In this document: piece after piece, positions 1-9,935 of the stretch
Layout of the letters: each line of letters begins with the position of its first letter
Numbering within the stretch: position 1 is the first letter of the stretch
Source of the DNA: Myxococcales bacterium
GTDB lineage: Bacteria > Myxococcota_A > Polyangia > Polyangiales > DASUME01
Reading direction: 5' to 3'
Assembly: GCA_047601445.1 (NCBI GenBank)
Contig: JASGJH010000001.1
Coordinates: forward strand, 6,720,001 to 6,784,000
Length of the DNA stretch: 64,000 nucleotides
Made by a program: the position numbers and the translations under genes
Notes under the pieces: generated by a model
Seen by the model: the letters and a program-made list of their open reading frames with translations, nothing else
Told to the model about the DNA's origin: nothing
Database searches by the model: none

Positions 1-175
1 GCGAGGATTCCTTCGACGACTGCGTGGTGCACCCAGGTCGCCCGGAAGGCGCATTGGGTGTGTGGGCGCTCGCGTTCGTGCTGTTCGCGTCGTGGCGAGG
101 CTGGCGTCGGTTGGGGTTGCGGAAGAGCTCCTGAGCCCGAGGTCAGGGCTCCCGATGTCGATTACACGGCCGACG

Positions 176-823
176 TCACCGCGCCGATCGCCGCATCACC
201 ACGCCCATGATCAAATCGCCCAACACCTCCGAGGCGACCGGGACATACGCCGCTGGCAAGGCCTTGAGCTCGGCTACGTAGCGCGCTGGCAATCCTTGCT
301 CGGTGGCGCCTTCGACGAGCAGATCCACATAGCGTCTGGATGGAGTTGCGGGCGTTCCGCGCGACAAGCGCAGCAGGGTTTGCGCCTGCACGGGCTCGCC
401 GCCCGCGGTCTGCACGGGCACGTTGACCCAGACGTACTCGGGGCCTTCGGACTCCTTGACCCGATTGAGATCCTCCGTGGACACGCGATGCAACACGCCG
501 TGCGCTTGCTTGCCTTGGGCTTTCACCAGATAGGCGAAGGCCGGCTCGAGGAGGTTGATGCCTGGTCCCAGATAGACGACCTCGTGGTCTGCGAGGACGC
601 CCGCTTCGCTCGCCGCCGGCAAGACGCCGCGCACGTTGTACAGGTAGCGGCTCGACATGTTGCTGCCGTAGGCGAAGTACCAAACCTCGGCCGCCGCCAG
701 CTGCGCCGGGCGATCACCCGGTACGGGCAGGTGCACGAGATGTTGGATGCGAAGGTGCAAAGCTAGTAACGCTACGACCAGTAGCGCGAACACGACTGCC
801 GCCGTCCTGCGTAAGAGCTTCAT
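176..823 (-). CDS. Gamma-glutamylcyclotransferase (GGCT/AIG2-like) with N-terminal hydrophobic anchor
   Basis: YFAYGSNM motif, GVLH..S..DL...KESEG segment; N-terminal MKLLRR + hydrophobic helix. Start chosen at 823. Confidence 0.8.
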   Translation of the reverse strand: MKLLRRTAAVVFALLVVALLALHLRIQHLVHLPVPGDRPAQLAAAEVWYFAYGSNMSSRYLYNVRGVLPAASEAGVLADHEVVYLGPGINLLEPAFAYLVKAQGKQAHGVLHRVSTEDLNRVKESEGPEYVWVNVPVQTAGGEPVQAQTLLRLSRGTPATPSRRYVDLLVEGATEQGLPARYVAELKALPAAYVPVASEVLGDLIMGVVMRRSAR

Positions 824-877
824 GGCGTATCGTACGGTACGAGAACGCGAACCTTCGCTCAATCCCCCTCAGCCACC

Positions 878-2167
878 ATGCGCGTGGGGGGCCCCTGGCC
901 GCACCCCCTCTGCCTGACTACCATGGGCACCGCGATGCCCAGCATGTCCATGGAGACCGAGGACGGAACCAGTTACGCCGTGACGGGTGGCGACAGAGTT
1001 GCGGACACGATCCGGCAGCTCGATGCGGACGCCAATAGCTTCGCCATTCTCAGCCGGGGCGACGCGGAGTACCTGCAAGCTGCGCGGTACCCCGACGGGT
1101 CCTGGAGCTTGGAATACCGCGACGGTTCGGCACAAGCGCACTTCGCGGCCATCGATCGCGACCTGGGCGTCGAACGCATCGCCGAGGCGTTCTCTGCGTA
1201 CGCGACGCAGGGCGACTTCAAGGCTCGCTTCGCCTGGCAGGTCTTTTCCGCGGACTTCTTTGATGAAGAACCCCGTCGTGCGCCACTCACCGAGGCCGAG
1301 CAGACGCAGGCCCGCATGCTCACCGCGCTGTATGGGCTCGAGTTCCCCAACAGTCTGCTGCAGTTCCACGCCTTCATCAGCGGACCCGATCGCGAGCTCT
1401 GGGAGGAGGCGCGTAGTGCGCTGGGCCTTTCGGTCACGGGCCCCTTGGATGTGTTGAAGCGCGTCGAGGATGGCGACGAAGTGAAACCTCTGGCGGACAT
1501 CCTGCTGCACTGGCGATTCTACCGCGACCCGCCCGAGTTCTTTTCCACGCTACACGGCGATGTGGACGGACTGCACTGGGGGCTGCTGCTCGACTGCCCC
1601 GAGCAGGGCTTCCGCGGCGCCGCTTCCTACTACAACAACGACGGCGATCTCATCCGGATCTACGGAGGCCTCTTCGATGCCGTCTTCCAGCGCGCAGGCG
1701 ATATCGTCTCCGAGCTGGATGAGCGCATCGAGGATGACCCGCAGGAGGAGGACTACTACCGAGCGGGCGCCAAGAAGATTGTGGCGTTCACACGGGCGCT
1801 GCGTGCCTTCGTGGTGGAGCGACGGATCCCGCTCTGGGAATCGAGCGCGCGGCGGGTGACCTCGGTGACCGGGCTGGGCGCGGTTCTGCCGGCTGACGCA
1901 AAGTCCGTGGTGTCAGAGGCGGGCGACTCGACGGCTGCGCGCGTGGAGGCTCTCTTGAAGGCCTGCAAACAAGGGCGTCCGGGTGGGGCTCTGCTGCTGG
2001 GCCGAGAACTATGGCATTTTGGCGGCGATACGCGGAGCGAGGACGCTTATCAGCTGTTGCGGGCGGCCTATGCGGCGTTGGGGCGCGATGTCCTTATCCG
2101 TGTGCTCGATGCGCACTACCAGGGACGGGATCGGAAGAGTGTAGACCTCTTGGGCAAGGGGGCGTGA
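878..2167 (+). CDS. HPF1/DUF2228-like (ADP-ribosylation family) protein with extra N-terminal domain
   Basis: LGLSVTGPLDVL, LHWRFYRDPPEF, GGALLLGRELWHFG and QLLRAAYAALGR..HYQGR are colinear with HPF1 motifs; real start may be a later Met (~920-950). Confidence 0.8.
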   Translation: MRVGGPWPHPLCLTTMGTAMPSMSMETEDGTSYAVTGGDRVADTIRQLDADANSFAILSRGDAEYLQAARYPDGSWSLEYRDGSAQAHFAAIDRDLGVERIAEAFSAYATQGDFKARFAWQVFSADFFDEEPRRAPLTEAEQTQARMLTALYGLEFPNSLLQFHAFISGPDRELWEEARSALGLSVTGPLDVLKRVEDGDEVKPLADILLHWRFYRDPPEFFSTLHGDVDGLHWGLLLDCPEQGFRGAASYYNNDGDLIRIYGGLFDAVFQRAGDIVSELDERIEDDPQEEDYYRAGAKKIVAFTRALRAFVVERRIPLWESSARRVTSVTGLGAVLPADAKSVVSEAGDSTAARVEALLKACKQGRPGGALLLGRELWHFGGDTRSEDAYQLLRAAYAALGRDVLIRVLDAHYQGRDRKSVDLLGKGA

Positions 2168-2200
2168 CGGGGAACGACTCGCGCGGTACCCTCCGAATCC

Positions 2201-2737
2201 ATGAGTACCCTCCTCCCGCGAGCACTACCTCACCTGGCGCTCGGTGCCGTCGCTCTCGTGGCGGCGTGTGGCGGAGATGACGACGCGCCCAAAGCCATCG
2301 TCGACCTTCAGCTGCAAGGGGTCATCGAGCAACCTGGAGCCCGCAGTGACCACGTCGTCACGATCAGCTTCCATCGTCAGGGCGTGATGGCGAAGCGCTC
2401 CTTCTCTTTCTGGATCGAGCTGCTCGCCGAGCTGCCGGAGCCCATCGAGTTCGCGAGTGTGGGAGCGCTGGCCTCCGAGTCGGCGCGCGACCAGTTCTCG
2501 CCCGGAGACTCCGAGCGGGAGAACGTCATGGGCGGCCGACTCGAGCTGGCAGCGTGCCCGGGAGGGACGGAGTGCACCAGCGTGTTCTCGAGCGTCGTGA
2601 CGTCGAGCGCTCCCGTGCCCGCACGGGTTCCGCTGGACTTGCTGGGTAGCGCCAATATCGCGGGCGAACTGGACTGGGAAAAGTTCCAGGTCGAGCTCGT
2701 GACCGCGCCTACTTCGCCGGAGGCGCCTTCGCCGTAG
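2201..2737 (+). CDS. Hypothetical lipoprotein
   Basis: Lipobox LVAA-C followed by GGDDD; GC3-biased codons. Confidence 0.65.
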   Translation: MSTLLPRALPHLALGAVALVAACGGDDDAPKAIVDLQLQGVIEQPGARSDHVVTISFHRQGVMAKRSFSFWIELLAELPEPIEFASVGALASESARDQFSPGDSERENVMGGRLELAACPGGTECTSVFSSVVTSSAPVPARVPLDLLGSANIAGELDWEKFQVELVTAPTSPEAPSP

Positions 2738-2852
2738 ACGGCGGCGCAGCCGGATCGAAGTTCGGATCGCCCGCCGGCGTCTTGGACCCATTCGCCGGCA
2801 GCTCGGATCTTCGCGGTGGGCAAGTCTATCGCTCACCCCAGGCACACGTCGG

Positions 2853-5048
2853 CTAGCGCATGGTGCGTAGGCGTCCGTGAGAAGAGGCTGCGACCGCACG
2901 AAGGCGGTAGTCTTCACACGGCAAACCGAGACCGCGGCCGAGGTTATCAGCGGCAGCTCGCAACGTGGCCGCGGCTTGTAGTTCTCCATGTGCCTCGAGC
3001 CAGTGGGCGAAGGCACGACGGACCCGAACCACAGTCGGCAGCGCGCCGATGGCGAGCGTCTGCTCGAGCGCCTGCTCGAAGCACTTCCGAGTGACTTCGG
3101 CGCGGTCGCAGGCGGAGGCGCACAGCGCGAGATAGAGCGCCACGGGACCGAGGTAGACGCCCGCGGCGTACAGCGCGAGATGCTGTCCCTCGAATGGCAA
3201 GAGCCGCTCGAATACTTCGTGGGCAACGTGTTGCTCGCCCAGGGTCGCGCTGACCTCTCCAGCAACGGCCAGGTAGGCACGCTGCGGGCCGCCGCTGGCA
3301 AGCACTGGAAAGCCCGCTTGGGCAAAGTGACGAAGGACTCGTCTCGCGTCTTCGCCGCGCCCCTGGCGTGACCATACGAGGCTCCAGAACAAGCGATAGT
3401 CCGGAGGGACCTGCTCCAGCTCGCGCTCGGCCATGTCAGGGTAGCCCACGCCTTGGTGGGCGAAATACAGCAGCCGGCGGACCTCATCGTGGAGTTGTGC
3501 CGCTGGGTCGACATGGCCCCCCAACGCGGCCGCTTGTTTGGAGAGCTCGAGCGCATGCTCGACCCGGCCCGCCATGGCGTTGTCTGCGGCTTCGGCCGCA
3601 CGGCCCAGGTAGCGGTGTACAACACTCGGCGCACTTGCGTGGAGGGCCAGGTACTCCGCACGGTCACGCATGGCCAGCGGAAGATCGCCAAGCTCAACGG
3701 CATGGGCGGTACGCGAAAGCAGCGCATCGAGGAGGGATTCGCGATCTCCCGTGGCCCGGCTTTCGACCACCAACTCGTCCATCACGGCGTGAAGCTCGCG
3801 AGGATGGGCGAATTCCAACAACACCAGGTGACGAAGCCGCAAGACGGCTTTGATGCAAGACGCGTCACCGGTACGCCGCGCGCGTTCCAAGGCCGCCGCG
3901 GTCGCGAGAGCCCGGTCGTTCGGGTGGCTGTCCTGGTTCGCGAGTGCCGATGCCGCTTGAGTGAGTGCGACGACGGTCTCGTCGTCTTGCGGTAGCGCGC
4001 GAAGTTCCGCGCACAGGCGACGCTGGGTCGCGTGCTGAAACAGCGGCACGCGGTCCGCGATGAACGTGTTCATGATGGCGCGTGCGGCACGCCTAGCGTC
4101 CGATTGCCACCTCGCCACCTGGAGTGCGCGCTCGAAGCGCGCAACTGCGGTCGTCAGCTCGCCTGCCCAATACCAAGCATGTGCGGCGCACTCCAGGAGC
4201 TCGTACTGTTGCGCTGGATCAGCAGCGTCCACTTCGGAAATCTCGACCGCTCGATCCCACATGCGCGCGGCATCCTCATGGGATTGCGCTGTGGACGCAG
4301 CGTCGGCGGCGCGACGCAGGGATGAGACTGCCCGTTGCCGAGCGGAAGACGAACCCGACTTTGCATAGTGATCCGCGAGCTCCTGGACTGCACGACCATC
4401 GAACCGGCGTCGCTCGAGAAGCTCGCCAGCTCGTTGATGCCACCCGGCACGACGGGCACTCGGAATGGAAGCGTAGAGGGTGGCGCGCAAGTTTTCGTCG
4501 ACGAACTCGAAGTGGCCAACGCGTGACGACTCCTCGATCAACCCTTCTTGAAGCGCGCACTCGAGCTCGCTGAGGACGATGTCTTCGGAGCACTCCAGGA
4601 GCCCCGCCAGGAGAGGTGTCGAAAATCGCCGACCGAGTAGGGCCGCGGGCAGGAGGACTGCGCGGGAGTCCCTTCCACTTGCGGGAACCTTGGGGAAGTC
4701 CTCGGGCAGCGGAGGCGGGACCTCGGCGGGCTTGGGCGCCACGCCTGGACGAATGAGTGGGGCCGTGAACCGAAACCCGCGCTGGCGCACCGTGACGATC
4801 AGGGTCTGCTCATCGTCCTCGAGTGCCTTGCGAGCCAGCATCACAGCCTGCGCGATGGCTGCGTCGCTGACCACGCAGCCATCCCAGACGCGATCGATGA
4901 GGACGTGCTTCGAAACGACCTTGTCGTGCAGGCCAATGAGCGCAGAAATCAACCTGAGCGGAAGCGTTTGGACCGGCACGACCGCATCGCCCCGACGCAG
5001 CTCGAGTAATTCGTCGTCAAGGGAGAACTCACCGAAACGATGGATCAT
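2853..5048 (-). CDS. Winged-helix (OmpR/CadC-type) transcriptional regulator with helical/TPR-like C-terminus
   Basis: N-terminal RFGEFSLD...VVSK..LIDRVW...ARKAL...IVTVRQRGFRF, then STAND-type helical region without a Walker A. Confidence 0.8.
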   Translation of the reverse strand: MIHRFGEFSLDDELLELRRGDAVVPVQTLPLRLISALIGLHDKVVSKHVLIDRVWDGCVVSDAAIAQAVMLARKALEDDEQTLIVTVRQRGFRFTAPLIRPGVAPKPAEVPPPLPEDFPKVPASGRDSRAVLLPAALLGRRFSTPLLAGLLECSEDIVLSELECALQEGLIEESSRVGHFEFVDENLRATLYASIPSARRAGWHQRAGELLERRRFDGRAVQELADHYAKSGSSSARQRAVSSLRRAADAASTAQSHEDAARMWDRAVEISEVDAADPAQQYELLECAAHAWYWAGELTTAVARFERALQVARWQSDARRAARAIMNTFIADRVPLFQHATQRRLCAELRALPQDDETVVALTQAASALANQDSHPNDRALATAAALERARRTGDASCIKAVLRLRHLVLLEFAHPRELHAVMDELVVESRATGDRESLLDALLSRTAHAVELGDLPLAMRDRAEYLALHASAPSVVHRYLGRAAEAADNAMAGRVEHALELSKQAAALGGHVDPAAQLHDEVRRLLYFAHQGVGYPDMAERELEQVPPDYRLFWSLVWSRQGRGEDARRVLRHFAQAGFPVLASGGPQRAYLAVAGEVSATLGEQHVAHEVFERLLPFEGQHLALYAAGVYLGPVALYLALCASACDRAEVTRKCFEQALEQTLAIGALPTVVRVRRAFAHWLEAHGELQAAATLRAAADNLGRGLGLPCEDYRLRAVAASSHGRLRTMR

Positions 5049-5151
5049 GAGAGCTCGGGACGAGGGCCTGCCCGAGCTCTAGCAGGTTCCGCGACGAGTC
5101 CCCCCAGGGGTTAATCCCAAACGGCTACCCCGTGGGGGAAGAGTTCGAGAC

Positions 5152-5179
5152 CTCATGAAGAGCTCAGGTTCGCCTCAAG
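5152..5179 (+). promoter_or_regulatory. Three CTCAnG direct repeats at 11-bp period (putative wHTH operator)
   Basis: CTCATG 5152, CTCAGG 5163, CTCAAG 5174, between the divergent regulator and the PLAT gene. Confidence 0.55.
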
Positions 5180-5278
5180 CATGGGCGTGTGCGGTCGCTA
5201 GACCTCTTCTCATGGAGCGTCGTCAGGAGGCGTGTCCGTACGCCATCGAGTCCTGTCCCCGAAAGGAATGCCACGAAC

Positions 5279-6643
5279 ATGTCTCAACGAAACCTTGGTA
5301 TCGGCCGTCCTCTATCGCTTGGCTTCGTGCGCCGCGCCACACGAAGCTTCGTTCAGGGCGGTGCCCTGATCGCGGTCGCTTGCGCTGCCGGCAGCGTGGA
5401 AGCGCAGTCCATTGCGTCCTACGTGACGTACGACTCCAGACTGGACGAAGCGCCAGCCGCCTTCGCGACGATCGAGTTCAAGACCTGCAGCACGGCGTAC
5501 GCTGGCATGGACGGCAGGGTCTACCTCGAGATCAACGGCAACGCTGACGAGCCCATCGACCTGGACAACCCCGGCGACGATCGCGAAGCCGGCGCCATAG
5601 ACGAGTACGCCTTCCCCTTCCCCGGGGGGCGTATCGGCAGCCTGAAGAGCTTCACCATCGTCAACCCCACCATGGACGGCTGGTGCATCGAGGACATCAA
5701 GATCAGCGTACGTGGCGAAGTCATCTGGGAGTACGACTCTCACAAGCCGCTGCAAGGGGACTCCTTATTCGCGGGGCCGGGCGGGCTCGCGTACGACGGC
5801 AGCGGCCCCATCGTCCTCGACGAGACCGCGGTCACCTTCACGGACGAAAAGAAGTCCCAGTACTTCCCCGCCGTCCCCGCAGGTCAGTACTGCGCACCGG
5901 GAATGCCTTGCGTTACGCTTGCTCAACCCCTGCCAGCGCATACGGTCACAGGCTACGCGGGCCTGCCGCTGCGTCGGAGCGAGCGTTGGAAGTACGTCGA
6001 GTCGTACTACGTCGATGGCCATCGCACGTTTGCCCCCTGCACTCTGCCAACGCTCGTTACCAGGGAGGACTTCAACACGCAGTTCAAGAGCGCTACGGGT
6101 TCCCACATCTCGCAAGACTCAAAGCTGTATTGGGGCAGTGGAAAATCCACCGTCACCCTCACTACCCCGGGCTCCGATCCCGTGTATAAGGCGCGCGCAA
6201 CCCTGTCGTACGACGCACCTCTCGACGACGTGGGCGTGAGCGCGACGACCTATATTCACCCGCGCTGCGGGCTGGTCGACGGGGCGTTGAGCCTGAGTTT
6301 TGAGATGAGCGACGTCGAGATCGGCACAACCGACGTGAACTTCCTCAATCTCTTGGTGGGCGCGTTCGGCGAGGCGATCAATAAGGGGGTGTCCTTCCCC
6401 ACGATCGCCCCTCCGACGTCAGCACCCAGCGTCGTGCCGGGCTGCGCCAAGTTCAGCACCAATGCCACCACGGGCGACCTGCAGATGGCCTGGCCCAAGA
6501 CGTACAAGCTCAGCTCGTTCAAGCTCACAGCGCAGCAGATAAAGGACATCACGACCGAGTACACGGGGGTCACCGGCGACACGCTGGTTTCTCTTCCGAC
6601 GAACCCGCTGTGCATTCGACCTTCGACGATCGCGGTTCCCTGA
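5279..6643 (+). CDS. Secreted PLAT/LH2-domain protein
   Basis: Signal ending VEA-Q; TIEFKTC..AGMDGRVYLEING...LDNPGDDREAGAIDEY...DGWCIEDIKI matches the PLAT pattern. Confidence 0.7.
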   Translation: MSQRNLGIGRPLSLGFVRRATRSFVQGGALIAVACAAGSVEAQSIASYVTYDSRLDEAPAAFATIEFKTCSTAYAGMDGRVYLEINGNADEPIDLDNPGDDREAGAIDEYAFPFPGGRIGSLKSFTIVNPTMDGWCIEDIKISVRGEVIWEYDSHKPLQGDSLFAGPGGLAYDGSGPIVLDETAVTFTDEKKSQYFPAVPAGQYCAPGMPCVTLAQPLPAHTVTGYAGLPLRRSERWKYVESYYVDGHRTFAPCTLPTLVTREDFNTQFKSATGSHISQDSKLYWGSGKSTVTLTTPGSDPVYKARATLSYDAPLDDVGVSATTYIHPRCGLVDGALSLSFEMSDVEIGTTDVNFLNLLVGAFGEAINKGVSFPTIAPPTSAPSVVPGCAKFSTNATTGDLQMAWPKTYKLSSFKLTAQQIKDITTEYTGVTGDTLVSLPTNPLCIRPSTIAVP

Positions 6644-6759
6644 GCGGAAGATTCAGTCGAGTCGAGTCGCGGAGCGACGTGGATGAAAACATCGCGGCCA
6701 GCCTCCCCCCAATGCCACCACTCGCGCCGCCGGTTGCGGCCACCCGATAGGAGATCGCC

Positions 6760-8089
6760 ATGCGTGTGTGTTCGTCGTTCCTTACTTTTTGCCAGCACAA
6801 ACGAGCGGCCTTTTTCCTGCTTGCCCTTGGGCTACTCGAGCTGGGCGCCAGCGACACGGTACAGGCGCAAGCAGACTACCAGCGTCCCCTCCTCGCGCGC
6901 TACAAACCCGACCGATCGCTCGATCCCACGTTTGGCAGCTACGGCCGTACCCTGCCCAACCCGACCGCACAGCTTGAGACCATCACGGCCGGCGCGCGAG
7001 CTCCGGGCGACAAGATCGTGGTGGCCGGCTACACGTACGGGTCGGCAAACTCGGGAAGTCGGGTCATGTTCGTCGCCAGGTATTTGGCGAATGGATCACC
7101 AGATGGTTCTTTCGGCCTCTGGGGATGGCGGGTTGTCGACTTCGGCAGCTCGACCGACGAAGTGATCAATGACGTGCACTGCGATTCGGAGGGGAGGATC
7201 ACGGTTGTCGGAAGCGCGTCGGTGGATGGCCAGCATCAAATCGCGGTCGCTCGAATGCTTCCGGACGGAAGTTTGGACCCCACGTTCGACGTAGACGGTA
7301 AGGTTCTGACCGATTTTCGCTCGAGCCTGAACGAGTACGGCGATACCGTGGAGGTGACTGCGCAAAGCGGAGATCGTGGTGGCAGGCAGGGCCGAACTAC
7401 CGGGGAGCGGGTCGACATCCGTGGACCACGAGCTGGCCATCGTGCGCTACCTGCCGAACGGCGAGCTGGACACCTCGTTCGATGACGACGGCAAGGTGCT
7501 GGTGGACTTGGGTGGTGTCGACGACGAGCCGCTGGCCGCGCGCGCGCTGCCCGTCGCCAGCGGCAAAATTGTCGTCGCCGGTACCGTAGGCGAACGCATC
7601 TTCGCCTTCCGGTTGCAGAAGGACGGTATGCGCGACTTGGCCTTTGGCTACTTGGGTGCGGCCTACATCGACATCCCCGACATGCGCGCCAAGGCTTGGG
7701 ACGCACGCGTTGACTCTCAAGGTAGAATCGTGCTTGCCGGAAGGGCCACAGTGAAAGGCAGCGGTTACGCACTATACCTGCTCGCACGCCTAACCGCGGG
7801 TGGTAGCAAAGACTCCTCCTTTGCAGGCGGTGGTGCCACGTACTTCGACTTTGGCTCGGAGGGGCAGCTTCTCACCAGTCTGAGTCTGGACGGTCAGGGA
7901 GATCTGATCTGCTCGGGCGGGTTCGGGCCACAAATGCTAGCGGCCCGCTTCAGTGCAAATGGCGCGCACAAGATGAGCGTGGCGAAGTGGCTTTCCCTCG
8001 CAAACTTCGAGGTTCCGGCGTTCGCTTTCGGCGACAGCGAAGGCCGGATCGTATTGGTCGGATATGCGACGAAACTCGACGGCTTTTAG
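6760..8089 (+). CDS. Secreted delta-60 (DUF5122) repeat beta-propeller protein, split by +1 frameshift near 7370
   Basis: ARY.PDGSLDPTF and KIVVAG repeats continue across ORFs 6760-7485 and 7376-8089. Confidence 0.75.
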
Positions 8090-8137
8090 CCGAGAGGTGC
8101 ACCCTGACGACCTTGTGGCTCACCAACATCCCGCTCG

Positions 8138-9793
8138 CTACTGCACGCCCACCGGCGGCGACACGTACGGCGGCAGCACGGCCGTCCAGCTCAACTTCCG
8201 GATCCCAACCGCATCCAAGTGAGGCGCCTCGATCCGCCAGTGTACCCCGATCCCGGGCGGCAACCCGTGCACTCCGAAGCGCATCACCGAGTACACGAGC
8301 TGCCCATCCGCGAGCTGATCGACGTCGAAGAACATGGCCATGCCCTGCGCGAGCGTCTCGGTCTCACGCACCTGCGCGGGATCGACGGCCACCACGCGAC
8401 CGAACTGCACACTACCCAGCAGCCATGCCGTGATATTCGAGAGGTTGGGGGCATCGCCCACGCTTTGAAGCTTCGCAGCATCCGAGCTGATTCCGCTCAC
8501 GAGCAAGCGTCCATCGACGCCGGCGCGCAGCATCAGGGGGACGAACGCTTCGGGGAGTGCCAGTTCGCGCTCGATGACGGGCTGAGCGTCGCCCGCGAGG
8601 ATGAGTCCGAGCACGCGCGCGGGGGGGGCGGGTTCGCTCTCGCTGGGCGCCTCCTGTGGCTCGACTTCAGGCTGTGGTGCTCCCAAGCCGATCGCTTCTT
8701 TGGCTCGCTCGATGGGGCTGCGGATGGAGTCGACGAGCTTGTCGGCTCGTCCGGCCAGTCGCGCGAGGCTGCGTCCTTGCAGGACCCATAGGCGCTGCGT
8801 GTCTGCGCGATCGGCCAGCAACGCGATCGAGGCACGCGCCGTGTGCTCGGGGGGAAGGGCGAAGGTCCAAGCCAGTCGCGGCGGGGCGCCTGTCATGTCG
8901 AAGAACCAGAGTTGGTTGCCTTCGCGTTCGAGCACCGCAGCGCGGGTGTCGCCTTCGAGGGCGGCGAGGGACCATGGAGTTCCCGCAGGGAGCGCGACGC
9001 GCGCTGATTCGCGCGGGGAGAGCGGGTCGCTTACGTCGAGCACCACGAGCTCGCGCTGCGTGAGGAGCCACAGCTGTCGACGTGAGTGCGCGGCCACGAG
9101 GTCGACCGGGACGCCACTCAATGGCAGGGACACCGACGTGAGCTGAACTGGATGCTCGGCTGCTCCCGCGTGAACGACCGCGAGGGCGTAGCGGCCGTCG
9201 TGTTCCGCGGCATGGGCCTGCACGGCATAGATGAGTCCGCCATCGGGCGAGAACACGTGTTTTCGCACGCGCGTGAGCGGGAGGTCTTGGGGTTCTTCGA
9301 AGAGGCGTTTGGCTTCCGAACTCATGCGCAGGAAGCGCAGCTTGTTGCCGCTCACGTCGCTCACCACCACGTAGCTCGCAAAATGGATCGGCTGTGCCGC
9401 GTGGCCGCGCGCGGTCTGCACCTCGAGCGTGTGCTTCGCCCGCGGCGGAAGCCCCCGGGGAACGCGCACCAAGAGGCCATTCTCGAGGTAGCCCTCGATG
9501 GGCAACGGTCGGCCGCCGACTCGAACCTGCGCATCGGAGCGCGCGAGCCCTGTGCCCAATACCGCGACCCACTCGCCCGGGGTGAACACTCGATCGCCGA
9601 GTTCGGTCGAGAGCGGGCCCGACGCTGGCAGCGGCAAGGCGCCGAGATCCACGGCTTGCTCGATCTGCGGAGGCACGTCGAGCGACACGGGGCTTGCGAC
9701 CCGACGCAGCGATGCGCCACCGCACCCGGTCGCGAGCACCAGGAAGACGAGGAGCCGAGGGGTGAAGCGGAGCACCCAGGCATGGATCGACAT
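8138..9793 (-). CDS. Lipoprotein with Ig-like (IPT/TIG-like) domain and beta-propeller
   Basis: Lipobox LATG-C; PGEWVAVLGTGL..VRVGG; FSPDG and VLDVSDP..P propeller motifs. Confidence 0.65.
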   Translation of the reverse strand: MSIHAWVLRFTPRLLVFLVLATGCGGASLRRVASPVSLDVPPQIEQAVDLGALPLPASGPLSTELGDRVFTPGEWVAVLGTGLARSDAQVRVGGRPLPIEGYLENGLLVRVPRGLPPRAKHTLEVQTARGHAAQPIHFASYVVVSDVSGNKLRFLRMSSEAKRLFEEPQDLPLTRVRKHVFSPDGGLIYAVQAHAAEHDGRYALAVVHAGAAEHPVQLTSVSLPLSGVPVDLVAAHSRRQLWLLTQRELVVLDVSDPLSPRESARVALPAGTPWSLAALEGDTRAAVLEREGNQLWFFDMTGAPPRLAWTFALPPEHTARASIALLADRADTQRLWVLQGRSLARLAGRADKLVDSIRSPIERAKEAIGLGAPQPEVEPQEAPSESEPAPPARVLGLILAGDAQPVIERELALPEAFVPLMLRAGVDGRLLVSGISSDAAKLQSVGDAPNLSNITAWLLGSVQFGRVVAVDPAQVRETETLAQGMAMFFDVDQLADGQLVYSVMRFGVHGLPPGIGVHWRIEAPHLDAVGIRKLSWTAVLPPYVSPPVGVQ

Positions 9794-9935
9794 GGACGCC
9801 TAGCGTACCTTGGTCCGCGTGCCGCGCGTCATTGCCCGCAGTCTTGCGATGCCAACTTCCGGAGAAAGCGCGCGGATTACGCGGGAATGCATGCGCGACG
9901 TCGGCGTAGGGTGCGACCAGGCTACGCTGGCGAGC

